From the human T2T-CHM13v2.0 reference genome, Homo sapiens, in the NCBI RefSeq assembly GCF_009914755.1, contig NC_060931.1: a stretch of 64,000 nt of DNA. One strand, given 5' to 3'. Every line of letters starts with the position of its first letter. Within the stretch, counting starts at the first letter, position 1. This document shows positions 43,450 through 57,421 of the stretch, in pieces. Position numbers and translations under genes: made by a program. The notes beneath the pieces were generated by a model that did not search any database, was not told the origin of the DNA, and saw only the letters and a program-made list of their open reading frames with translations.

Positions 43450-44440
43450 CCTTCATGCATCCATGGACATTTCCTGAGCACTTAATTAGTGCCAGCCACT
43501 GTTCTGCTTGCCAGGGACAGAAAGGGGAATTGAGGCATCCCACGTGTGCCCCTCAGTGGGTGTGTTCTGATATGAAGCAGGTAATACACAGGACACTTTG
43601 GGGTGAGGGTCGTGCTGCCACGCTGAGAAGACATGGATGGGTGGGAAGAGAGTCCTAAGCTGGAGGGGGTTGAATTGAGTGACTAAGGACAGGTCCTCTG
43701 TGGAGGTGACATTTTAAAAAACACCTTATAGAGTTATAATTTGTATATAACAAAATGCGCATTTTCAAAGTTCATAGATGGATGAATTTCAATAAATATG
43801 TGCACAGAAGAAATTGCCATCCCAATCAAGAGAGTTCGTGGGCCCCTCCTGCTGTTGGTATGCATTCCTGCAGCTCTGCCCTCCTGCTTGTCTAATTTCT
43901 ATTACTGCAGGCTAGATGACCTGCTCTAGAATTTCACACAAATGACATCATTGAATATGAAATCCTTTTTCTAGCTTCATTCATTCAACATCATTTCTGT
44001 GGTATTCTCAATGTGATCCTTAATAATAATAATAATTAATGATTTTTGAGTGCCAGGCACTGTTTTAAGGATTTTATTTATAACAATTCACTTAATCTTC
44101 ACGGCAGCCCAGCGGTTTAGTACTGTTATTATCGTGGCTTTCCTGATGAGAACTAAGGCAGAGAGAGGCCAGCAGTTGGCCGGCGTGGGAGCCACTTGAC
44201 TCCTAAGTCCATACCGTTCCACCGTGTATATGAGGCTGTTCTCCCAGGTTAATGTCTGCAAGATGGGAAGGAGCCAGCCCTGTAGAGCCCCAGAGGATGA
44301 GTGTTCTAGGCACAGAGGCCAGAAACAGAAAAGAGCTTGATGTATTTGCTAAACTGAAAGAGACTCTGACCCTGTATCCCCTGAATCTGGGAAGGAATCG
44401 ATTTTATTCTGTACACAGTGGGAAGTCTTTGGAAGAGGTT
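43450..44440 (-). mobile_element. L2 relic interrupted by L1M (~43715-44010) and MIR (~44025-44220)
   Basis: catttcctgagcacttaattagtgccagcc...; tgtggaggtgacattt; gagtgttctaggcacagagg. Confidence 0.55.
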
Positions 44441-44950
44441 GCTATTTTTTGTTTTGAAAAAAAAAAAAAAGACAATTAAAATTGTGGTAAAACATAGTTT
44501 AAAAAAAATAGAGATAGGGTCTCACTTTATCATCCAGGCTAGACTGCCATGGCATGATCATAGCCCGCTGCAGTTTCAAGCTCCTGGGCTCAAGCCGTCC
44601 TCCTGCTTTGGCCTCCCAGAGCGCTGGGAGTACAGGTGTGAGTCACCATCCCTGGCCTAAGATTAATTATTTTAACCACTTTTAAGTATAGTTAGTGGCA
44701 CTAAGTCCATTCACAGTGTTGTGCAATCATCACCATCATCCATCTTCAGCACATCTTTTCATCTTGTGAAACTCTGTACCCGTTAAACATAACTCCCCAC
44801 TCCCTCCTTCCCCTAGTCCCTGGAAACCACTGTTCTGCTTTCTGTCTCTATGAATTTGACTACTCTAATTATCTTGTGTGAATGGAATCATATGGCATTT
44901 ATCCTTTTCCACCTATTTTTAATTAAACGTAGTATCTGAGATAATTGTAG
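44323..44950 (+). repeat. Probable donor copy of the inverted duplication
   Basis: The flanking L2 (left) and L1M (right) appear to continue uninterrupted beyond the duplicated interval. Confidence 0.9.
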
Positions 44951-45800
44951 GTTCACATACAGTCAAAAGAAATAATGTAGGGTGATTTTATGTACCTTGT
45001 AGCTAGTTTTCCTGAGTGTTGAGATCTTGTTAAACTGTGTTACGGTATCACAACCAGGATACTGACTTTGATACATCAACAAACAGAAGGTTTCTGTCAA
45101 TACTAGGATTTCTCTTATTAACCTTTTATGGCCATAACTACTTTCCTCTTGCCCTCATCCCCTTCTTAAGCCCTAATAATCACTAATCTGCTTTTCCTTT
45201 CTAAAGTTTTGTCATCTCAAGAATGTTGTGTAGACAGAATCATGCAGTATGTGACCTGTGGGGATTGGTTTTTTTTTTTTTTAACTTAGTATAATTCCCT
45301 GATTCATCCAGGTTATTGTCTGAAGCCTAGTTGGTTTCCTGTTGTTGTTGTCTAGTGTTTCTTGGTGTGGCCATAATGTGTAGTTTATAATCATTCACCT
45401 GTTGAAAGCAATCTGGATTGTATCCAGTTTTTGGCCATGATGAATAAAGTTGCTATAAACATTCTTGTTCCTTTTTTCTGTGCATGAACATAAGACTTCA
45501 TTGTGTTCATACACACACATGCCCAGGAGTGGAATGACTGGGCTGTATGGTATTTGCATGTTTAGTTTTAGTTTTTTTTTTTTTTTTTAAATGCCAAACT
45601 GTTTTCCAGAGTGGCTGTACCATTTTGTAATCCCACCAGCAATGTACGAATGGTTGCGTTTCCCTGCTTCCTCACTAGCATTTGGTGTTGTCATGATTTT
45701 TTATTTTAGTCATTCTCATAGGTGTATAATGATATCTTCTTGTGTTTTTAAATTTTCACTTCTCTAATGGCTAATGATGTTGAACATCTCTTAATGTACT
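44660..45800 (-). mobile_element. L1M 3' fragments
   Basis: ttcacagtgttgtgcaatcatcacc...; ttccagagtggctgtaccattttg...tcccaccagcaatgt. Confidence 0.75.
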
Positions 45801-45809
45801 GATTTTAAA

Positions 45810-46480
45810 AAGAATGAAATTAGAAAAAAGCAAACTTCTTGTTGTGAGAAATGTGTTCATTTATTTGAAAAGTCAGTTGAATGGGTGAAAGAGCAGACAA
45901 TATGCAGCTAAAGTGAGACTTATTGTTCTGATCTGAAGAAATTACTCAGAATAAAACACAGAGGAAAAAATATGGAAAATCTAGAAGGAAGGCCAAGAGA
46001 TCTAGAGGACAGAGTAATCAATAGACGTCCGATGGAGAAAATGGGGGATAGATACTATGCAGAGACCAATGCTATGACGTTTCCTAAGATGATGACTCTT
46101 CACAGTCCAGAAGCAGAATGAGCTCCAAGTAAGATAAATAAAGTAAATCCAAATCTATACATATTATGGTGTAACTGCAGAACATCAAAGACAAAGAAGA
46201 AACCTTAAGACAACCATACATGTAATTCAGGTTGCCTCAGAGGAACGGCAATCAGAAGATAGCTGAGAGCAGTAATAGAGAACAGAGGGGAATGATGTCT
46301 TCGAACGCCAAGGGATGGAACTGCTGCCATGGAGTTCCGTGTCAGCTAAGCCAACGATCCCAAGTCGGGGAGACAGGACGGTATTTTCAGACAAGCCTGA
46401 GAATTTATATTTCCGAGAAGATTGCTGAAGGATCTATGAATGAGTTTGAGGAAGAAGGATACTGAATCTAGAAGGCAATG
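45810..46480 (+). mobile_element. Ancient L1 ORF1-like relic
   Basis: gtaactgcagaacatcaaagacaaagaagaaacctta. Confidence 0.5.
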
Positions 46481-49400
46481 CAGGGTTAGAAATATTGGCC
46501 TCCGTTTTATGTTCTCTAGTTAGGAAATATTTAGTAATTGGAGTGTTTAAATATTTAGATATTAGATGAGGAAGTGGAGACAGCAAGTTGAGACAACTCT
46601 TTGGGCATTTTTCTTGTGAGCGGCTGCAGAGAAACCGCGCGTGTCTCTGAGGACACGAAGTCAAGAGAGCTGGTTTTTTCTTACCATGGGGGATCCCAGC
46701 TATTATTTATGTATTAATGGAAGTTCTCCAGTAGAGAAGGAGAATGTGAAGAGCCAGGAGAGAGTGAGGATGCCAGGGGGAACAAAGTCCTGGCAAATGT
46801 GACCTGGACATGCACAGACAAGCCTGGGAAGGAGGGCCTGGAGTCATGTGGCACGGCCTTCATGGTGGCATGCGGTGGCCCCTCATGGCCTCACAGCTTC
46901 CACTCTAACAGGACGGAGCCAGAATATGCGCACGGATGCATGTGGTTTGGTAAACGTGCTTGTGGAAAATTGAGAGATTTCTCGTGGATTTTTATTTTCT
47001 CTATGAATATGGGGATGAGTTTAGAAGTTTAGAGTGAGGGCTGGTGTGAGAAGAGAGAGTATTAGCTTATCATTCAGACAGTCAGAAGCGAACTAGGGAA
47101 ACATGCCAGACTTATGGGGACTTTTGAGAGCAAGGGCACAGTTGCAGTTTGTGGTGATGGATATCTTCAGTAAAGTTTGGAAGTTCTGATGCCACTGTAG
47201 AGAAGGCAGCTGATTGGGTTCACACAAGGTTGAAGTGTAGCCTAACTACCATGTGGAATTCAGAAGCGAGGGTCATGTTGAGGCTGTCTGCAAGGGAGTG
47301 ATGAGTCTCGATTGTCTCCGAGCTTTATAAGAGAGGAGGTGAAGGATGTTCCAGTAGGATAGAATCAGAAGACTGCAGGAGTCTATTGACTGGAAGAATA
47401 ATTGCAGTGGGCAAAGAAGTGGGTGGACTGAGCACCTCACGTCCTCTCTTCCTCACTTTGGCTATTCCATTCGGTGCCAAACAGTGGACTTCTCCCCCAC
47501 TTGGAAGGAATCTGGTGACGCAGATGAGAAAAGTCGCAGGCTTAAACTTGTGTGGGGTGAGCTTGAATCCTTAGGGAATCAGCGAATGCTTGAGTGCAGG
47601 TGGATCAGCAGACAGATTACTGACGCCACCCCAGCTGACTGTTAGGTGACACATAGCTTCGTGCAGCCTCTCTGAAGTCATCCTGTGGGTCACCCCTCCT
47701 TCCTCTGTGCTTTCCCCTTCCCTCCTCACTCCAGGGTCCACGTGTAAGCTGTTGTAGGCGTTCTGTTTTCTTGAAAAACTCGGTCGTCACTTGGGGTATT
47801 TGAAATCTAGACTTAGAATGGCACTTTTGTTGGGATTGACAAGGTTTAGGGAGAGACCATGAGGATGGGGGCCAAGATTGCATGGAGGGGCAGATCAGTG
47901 GTGGTGAGAAGTGTAAGACTCCAAGGCCACAGTGTTAGAGTAGATGGTAACATGGATGTAAAGCCACCAGGGAGGGTGGCAGGAGAAGCCAGTGGAGGAA
48001 GGTAGGGATTCCAGGGCTACAGTCCTCAGGAAATGGAGAGGGAAGGAGGAATTAGAACCTCAGTAGGGAACAGCATTGAGAATAAACGCATCCCAATCAC
48101 ATGGGCCTCAGAGGAACTGGGATTTGGAAGGTGGAAGAGGAGAAACGGGTTGGGAGTGCTGGCTCACAGCTGTGATGAGGGTTTGCTCTAGCTAGACTAG
48201 ACAAAGTGAAGGCCTTCTGGAGCTGCTCCTTTGGGTATTTGGCTGCAGGACCTTGCAGCTTAGAATCTCACCTAGTGGGTTTCTGCTCTGTTGCACTTCA
48301 GCTTCACTTATGAAGCAGAGAGGATGATCTCTTCCTCCTGGAGCAGTTGTGAGATTTAACAGAAGAGAATGAGCAAGAAAGTGGTTTGCCAAGTAATGTT
48401 CAGAGATGGAGAGTATATGCTATATGCCGCCCCTCAAAAAAGGTATGCAGGGGTGTTCAGGTAAAAAACGTTCATCTTTCTGTGGCTCTCTGGCTGGCTG
48501 TGCACGTAGCTGTCTCTGTAACTTAGAGAGGACGTGGGAGGAAGGACCCTGGTGTAGAGAATATGCTGGAGCCATGGGCAGCCCCTGTGCCCCACCGTGC
48601 TTCTGTAAATGTCACACTGCTCCTCCAAATGCTGGTTTGTAAAATCTAGAAAGTTCTTTTCGTTGTTGTTCTCACCACATCCAGGAAGATGGGGCACAGC
48701 GGGAGTCCCCTTGTCTGAACTGCTCTTATCCTGGGGCAAATTAGTGTCCCTCAACGTGAGTAAGAAGATGGAAAGCGCCACATTGCTTTCATGAATAGTC
48801 TGCAGACTGCTGATGAGCTCCCTGTCACCGCGCTTTATTCCAGAGCCTCACCGTGCAGAGCGAGAGGTGGACTCCGATGCTTGTGAGGATTTCGTGTTTT
48901 CTTTCAGATTGTCAGGTAGTGCGATAAAGGGTTACCTTATAAGCAATAATAGGTCAGGATATGGGCTGTTGCCCACAGTAAGTTTGACATCTACACCATC
49001 ACATGACGCAGTTGGACTTAATGAAGGTCACTCAAGTGTCTTCTCTTTTGGTGATGCTTGTTGGGCACCTGTCTGCAGGTAGATGACACTGTCCCTGCTG
49101 CTTCAGGAGAAAGGGCACATCACAGATAGAGAAACGTTTCTGTGCCAAGTGAATAGCCCAAGAGCATGGGGGATGGGGATCGTAGAATTGCTTGGTTCCA
49201 TTCGAGTTGGCCATGTAGTATCTAACTTAAATGACAGGAGTTTAATATTCTATGTACCAATTTTTCACTGGAAATAAAATACTTCATTTCACATGAGCAT
49301 ATCTTGTGACAATAATGCATTTCTTTACCAATATTAGCCCATTATACATCTGAAGTCAGTTGCACATAATTGCAGTTCACCAACTCTACATAATACTTTA

Positions 49401-49595
49401 ATTAAAACTAGGATAATTAAAATACAGTTTTAATGAACAATAAATTCTGAAGTTGCCAGGCCTGGAATGTGTTAGTTGAATCATACCTTGCTTTTTTTTT
49501 TTTTTGGCTCTTAAATCTGTACCCACATTATATTTTGAAATGGCAATGATCACAATCAAGAGGCATTTTAAATGCATATAATAGTATGTACTAAA

Positions 49596-49892
<297 letters not shown>

Positions 49893-49963
<71 letters not shown>

Positions 49964-49970
49964 GTATATA
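49893..49970. repeat. (TA)29 followed by (TGTA)4
   Basis: Uninterrupted TA from 49893 to 49950. Confidence 0.97.
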
Positions 49971-51190
49971 AAATGTGCTAGTAAATCATATCTTTCCTAT
50001 GGCTGTCTTATATATCTGTCTATCCCTCTTACATACACTTGCTTATTTGCTGCTAATTGTAATCCCAGAAATGAGGAAAAGGTTTTATTTTTGAAGGCCC
50101 AGCAACTTAAAACAGCACCTGGTCATACTAAGTAGTGAATATTTATTGAACAAATAGATAAGTGTTTCTTGGATGAATATATAAATAATAGCACATGGTT
50201 TGTTCTGGGGAGATGGTGTGAGACTAAGTACACTAGATCGAGACTCAGAAAACAGGTTTCAGTCCCGGCCCTGCCACGTGGTCGCTGTGTGACCTTGGGA
50301 AGATCAGTTAGCTATTCTCAAGGAAGTTGAGATAAGGGTATATATCAAATGGAAATAATGCTGGCCACCTCACCAGTGTCTGGGAAATAGGATTGGGTGC
50401 GTTTATTTGATAAATTGAATATACATGTGGAAACCCTGTCTAAACCGTGAAGTACGCATGGTGTGGTGGGATTGTGACCCCACCTCTGCTCACGGTGTTC
50501 TCCAATTGTCTACATGAGCACACATTAATATTCACAGCCAGCTGTTTCTCAGCTCATTTGGAACTTTGTATGTTTTAGGTAGTTTTTGCATAATGAATTT
50601 TCAGCCCTTGGTTGGTGATACCTTGTAAGTAGATATGCCCCCTCCATCCTTCCCTTCTCCTTTACTTCCATCCCATTTGTAATGTCCTTGGGAAACTCAA
50701 GTGAGTCCCACTGCTGTTGGCTCCTAAGAGAGACATTTTTGCTGCCTGTGTATCTGCTAGATAGTTTGTTTCACAGTCAAATATAAGTGACTTTTACTAG
50801 CTTTTTTCTGGACTATTAGTGTCAGTGCTACTCTCCCCAAACACAGGTCATTTGTTCCTCTGACAAATACCTCCTTGCACTGACATTTTCTTCTGGAAGT
50901 CACTCCCGAAGTGCAAAATTCCCTCAAAAGCAAATGTACTTTGGACTCTAAGGGGGTACTGCTGGAGTCAAAAATTAAGAAAACTTTGTAATGCTGTTTA
51001 ATTCATGACCCAGACCCAGGGCAGGGTCCTTAAGAGCTGCTTCTGGTGACACTGCAGGATACATCTCACCTGTACCCCTGTGGAAAGCCAAGGGTCAGTG
51101 GGACTCAACCCATACATGCTCCTTGGGAACTCTCTCTCATGACAAGCCTGGTCTTATCTGGTCTTATCTCAGGGTGTTTTGGTGGAAATC

Positions 51191-51497
<307 letters not shown>

Positions 51498-52944
51498 TTG
51501 GTGGAAATCTTGACTGTCAAAGTTACCTTCTCCCCCACAAAGGAGGAGGGGGAAAGCTGCCGTCTAGAAGGAACCCTAGGGAGAAAGGGATGTGCTTGGA
51601 GGTCAAGAAGAGTCACAGGGTGTGTGTCCCACCCAGGGCATTCGTGCACCTTAGGGCTGGGGCCATGAGGAGGCTGTAAACTGGAAAGATCAAGGCAGTC
51701 GGACAAAGACAGGGCAAAACATGCTAAACAGATGAGAGGCAGACAGCTGCAGCTGTCTGGAGGTGCTGTCACAGTTGGCACCCAGTGTCTACAGGGTGGG
51801 TTCCCTCTTTGTGGAAAGGGAGGTAGCATTCCCGGGTGGGGCACAGCACACCCTGCCGAGTCCTGGAAAGAGGGTGAGGAGCGTCACTGTCTGGAAATTC
51901 AGGGTCCTACCCAAATGTGAAGTGTGTGGAGGCAGGGTGGTGTGGAAGGCACACTGGATTTAAAGCAGGAAGAGGGACTGTGAGAGCCAGCTGTGCTCTC
52001 TCGTCACTTTCTGCCTGTGAGCAAGCCTGACTTAATGTTTAGGGGACTCGGGTTTTTTTTCCACCTGTGAAATGGGGTCAAGCCATCTGTTTGGCCTCTG
52101 AGGAGGTGTGGAAGGAGCTGGCCATCCTCAGGAGGGGGACATTCCTGGAGGCAGGGCCAGGCAGCGTGCAGCCTATGCAGATGATGTGGAGGCACGTATG
52201 TTTTTCTTATCTTTCTGCGAGACTGCTCTAAATCTTCACGGCATGCTAGTAAAGAAAGCAGAGGAAGTCTTATCACACCAATTTTGTGGATGACTGCAGG
52301 GGGAAAGAAAGTGGCTAAATGATATAAGGTCAAGTCATCTGTCAGACATAGAGCCGAGGATGGAGGTTGGCATTTGAATGATACCTTTGTCATCATTTTC
52401 GTGAATGTTTATGACAAAGTGGGTCTCAGCCTGCCCATGAGGGTGGTGAAATGGCCAAAGGGTCCTGCACAGGCCTTGGGCCCCGTGATGCTTGGTGTCT
52501 AAAGGCAAGTGCCCGACTTCGGTGGGGCTCCTTCTCTTCATCTGTAGAGTGCAGGTGATAACACCCTGGCTTGCCCGCCTCACAGGACTTTTACTTTGGT
52601 GCGTGATGATCACATCCCCTCACAGGTGTTAAGAGCCCTTTGTGAATCATGAACTGTCATAGCCGTGAGGTGGAATCATTTTCTCATGAGGGCCCATTCT
52701 TTGCTGTAATGAGATCTGACCAAGCCTGGTTCTGTCTAATTCCTACAGCATTTGCTTCCAAGTGACAGCCCCTAATATCGAGGTCATCCTTCATTTATTC
52801 TTTCCTCCAGTCAATCAGTGAGCACTGTGCTAGGCTCTGCGGATAAAAAGATCAATACAATGAGTCTGGCTTCTGAAGGGCTCACATTCTGCTGAGTGGG
52901 ATACAGCCATCTTTTAGTTCATCTCATGTAGTCTTTAAGGAAAA

Positions 52945-53530
<586 letters not shown>

Positions 53531-53849
53531 TTGACACCTTAAATAGCCTTTACCCAGTTGTCTTTTTCGCTTTCTTTTTCTTTTGTCCTTTACTGATCAT
53601 CATTAAATATTTCACCGGGTTCTTTTTTGGTGCCTTTCCTGGACTACGTTCTGTGGGGGTAAAGAAGGGACATTCCTTCTTTCCTTGAATGTATGCTTCC
53701 TGAATGTCAGCTGCCCTGGTCGGTACTGGTATGATATCACATAGGTTCCTGTTCTCAGAATTTCCAGCCTGGTAAGGATAAACTGACCAAAAAATGGGCA
53801 AAAACCAAACACATAAAGAAAGTCAGGTGATGAAAGAAAACCCTGTCCA

Positions 53850-54770
53850 CAGATATAATATTTATACCAAAATTTGAAGAAAGGGAAGGAGCCAGCGACT
53901 TGAAGAAATGGGGCTGGACATCTGCGTTTAGTGTTTGCAAAGGAGCTCAGGTGGCAGAGAGCCTTGTGTGTTCCAAGGCCGAAAGGGGGCCTGTGTGGTA
54001 CATTCTCCGAGGAGAGTGGCCCAAAGTGAGGTCGGCAGGGACTAGATTGTGCTGGGTTTTGTCTGTGGAAACGAGTGAATTTTCTCCACGTGTAGTGGGG
54101 TGGATTTATACCAGGAGAAGGCCATGATCTGATTGGCTTTAAGAAAACCAGGCTGCTTTGTGAAGAATAGAGAGTAAGGGGCAGAAGGAGAAGCGGAGAG
54201 AATACGTAGGAAGCTTCTGCAAATGCCCCGGCAAGGGGGACTGGCAGCCCAGATGAAGACAGGGTGGATGACGTGGAGAAAAGTGGATGAATGAAAGTGT
54301 AGGTTAAAAGTAGAATCCACAGGGCCAAAAGAGGGATTTGGGATGTAGTGGAGTTAAGCTTCTTGCTTCTGATTAGAGCCCTTGGGGGAATCTTTTACAG
54401 AAATGATGACAACTGGATTCAGATCAGATATGGGGCTTGTTCAGTTTGAGATGCCCGTGAAGTATCTGGTGACAACAACTAACCAGATGTTTGTAAACAC
54501 ACGAGTCTTTAGCTTAAAGGAAAGATCAGACCGGAGATAGAATATTGGGGACAATTTGTATGTAGGTGATATTTAAGACCTTGGAAATGGTGAGTTCTTG
54601 CCTGCAGAGAGATTTCAGACACAGCAAAGAAGAGAAGCAACTGCTGAGGAGCTCTACCATGCAGAGCAGGGTAGAGAAATAAGACACCCATGAAAATATG
54701 GAAAGGGACAGCCAGAAAGGGATGGGGTAGCCAGGAGGGCCCAATGCCATGGACCACCAAGAAGAGAGCT
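53850..54770 (-). mobile_element. L2 relic
   Basis: ccatgatctgattggctttaagaaaacc...; tttgagatgcccgtgaagtatctgg; explains the spurious 238-aa ORF. Confidence 0.6.
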
Positions 54771-56159
54771 TTTCACCTGATTCTACATAAGCAGCTTGAG
54801 AAAAGCTTGAGTCAACAGGACTTGAATTCCAGCACTAAATAAGTAAACAAGCAAACACATAAATAAAGTAAGAGATCAACAAAGCATAGAAAGAGAATGG
54901 GGAAATAGGAGGGAGACAGAAGTGGAGAGAGAGAGAAAGAGAGAGAGAGATGGGAGAGCCTATCTTTCCATATCTTTTGTCACCTTTTGAGTAAAACCTG
55001 CCCATAATGGGCTCAGCTCCGCAGCCAGGTTGAAAAAAGGTCCTGTTTCACGCCCCAACATAACCATAAATTAGAAAGCCTTCTGGAAAAAAATGTGTTG
55101 TGGACAGATGAGAAAGTTTAGGATCAAACAACCATAGCAGCACTAGCTCATGCTTCACTCAGGATGATTTTTCTTCATGTTTTAGTGCTTGGTCTTTGTC
55201 ATCGCTGACGGAACTGCACTGTTTTACCTTGGAAGGTTATAAATGGGGAGGCATCCTTAGAACTTATTTATCTTTGAGAGCATGAATCTTTTCTTCTTCA
55301 ATCTAGACTTGCCCATTCATTATTAGATGAGGTAAATTATTATATCTGAGAGATACATTATGTCCTTTGGTGATATGTGTATACTTTAATAGTCAGGGTC
55401 TGTAGTTTAATGAGTGAAGCAATTTTGAGAATTACCTCTGCTGAGTAATTTTTGGTATTTAGAAATTACTTATGTGAAGCCTGTCCGTGTTCATGGTCAT
55501 TTCAACACCTATCTCTCACTCTCTAAAATCATTGAGAATCCGTTATTGCCTACTCCAGTGATCTAGATAACCATTTACCTGAGCTTTGTTGAGTTCAGTA
55601 TTCTAGCTAAAATCCTGTATCACACCAAGTACTTTGAACAACTAATTGACTATACATAACTTTATTAACTTTTTTCATATATTTTTAAATAATGGTTATA
55701 TGCAGAGAAACCATCGTTTGGTTTGAATCTGCTATGTATGGATTAACATTGCTGGATTAAATTTTAGTTAAATGTAAGAATTTTGTCTATGGAAATGCAT
55801 GCAAAACAGTACTTGGGCTAATTAAAGTTGGAGAGAAAGGGGACATTAACAACCTGCCGTTGGCTTATCTCTGATCCTCTGTTGTGAGTGGAATGTCTAG
55901 TTGTGTAGTACCCCGCCTTCATCTATCACACGCTATATGAATTTAAATAAGTTGTAAATGCCCTGGATTTGATTTAGTCCTTTCTTTGATCTAGTGATGA
56001 AATAAGGAATTGTGGCTATCATTGAATTTTTGAAAAGCATCTACTGATTAAAAATTTTAAAAACTGTTTCTAAATTCTTAGTGTGAAATGCCCTCGGTTT
56101 AGCATTTTCCATTATTTTGCTGTTTTTAACATCTTCAGGAATATATATGATTTGGAAAA

Positions 56160-56420
56160 ATGCAGTATAAAATGGTGGCTAAGAATGTAAACTCGGAAAC
56201 CAGGCTGTCTGGGTTCAGACCCTGGCTGTGATACCTAATAGTTGTGTGGCCTCGGGCAAGCACCTGGGCTTCCGGGCACCACACTTTCCTGTTGTGTAAA
56301 GCTGGTGTAGTAATAACGCCTGCCTCATAGCATGGCTGGGGGGGTTACCTGTTTAAGCACGTGCAACTCTAGAGGGCTTAGACTACTACCTGGGTGTAGT
56401 AAGACCGTTATTACCATTAG
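56160..56420 (+). mobile_element. MIR
   Basis: ggtggctaagaatgtaaactcggaaaccaggctgtctgggttcagaccctggct...tgtggcctcgggcaag. Confidence 0.7.
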
Positions 56421-57179
56421 TGGTTCTGACAACTCTCATTATTATTACCACTTACTCAAATGTTTCAAATAGAGGAAGAGGCAACCGTCGTATTTTTTTT
56501 TTTTTTTTTTTTTTTGGTGTTCCCTTCAAGGAAATCTTGCAGAGAAAATTGCATTCTGTATATCTGGTTACTTTCATCCCATCTGGAGGCACAACAATTA
56601 TTTTCTTAATCCTTTATTCGAACAAAAGTCCAAATTCTCAATAACAATAGGTAAAATGGAACTGATGGATCAGTGTTGAAATGGGTCCTACGGGAAAAGT
56701 TGTAACTAAGTTATGCAGGTTTGAAAGGTATCATCATCTGAACATCTCACAATACTCTTCAAAAAGACATCCTGTCTGGTTACACAAAAGATGGAGCATG
56801 AGCATTTTTCACAGCTCAGCACTGGGAGCCAGGGACACATCTTTGCCTAGTCCCCTGTCCTTGCCTGATACATTAGTCCTGAAAGTGGGAAACCCATGAC
56901 TGTAGACAACTCTCCTAGATTCTGTTTGTCCTTTGAAAAGCCCCATTTAGCAAGGCAGAGAAGGCAGTGAGGACCCAGGCTGTCTTCCTGGAGGTCCAGA
57001 GAGAAGAAGGGTGCTGACAAGGGCCGCTGCGGGGACGATTGGGAGCTCACAGGCTTGGGTTCGGAGAAATGGTTCCTCTCTTAAGAGCACAACAGCAACA
57101 ACAGATGTTTCGGGTTCTTTGTCTTCTAAATGTGTCTCACAGATGTACAGTGTTTATATACGTATATACAAATTATATA

Positions 57180-57421
57180 CAGGTTGAGCATCCCACATCT
57201 GAAAATCTGAAATTTCAAATGCTTCAAAATCTAAAGCTTTTTGAACATCAACATGATGCTCAAAGGAAGTGCTCATTGAAGCATTTTGGATTCGGATTTC
57301 AGACTTTGGGATCTGAGATGCTTAACCCAGTATGCATTATGCAGATACTTGAAATCTGAAAAAATCTGAAATACGAAGCACTTATGGTTCCAAGCATTTT
57401 GGATAAGGTATGCTCAACCTG
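57180..57421. mobile_element. TcMar-Tigger MITE (Tigger4a-like)
   Basis: TIRs caggttgagcat / atgctcaacctg with TA on both flanks; 242 bp. Confidence 0.88.

Noticed and set aside
53612-54328. Longest ORF in the track (238 aa, minus strand)
   Set aside because: Overlaps a decayed L2 relic, has a non-ATG start, low-complexity S/P/L/F composition and no recognisable domain.
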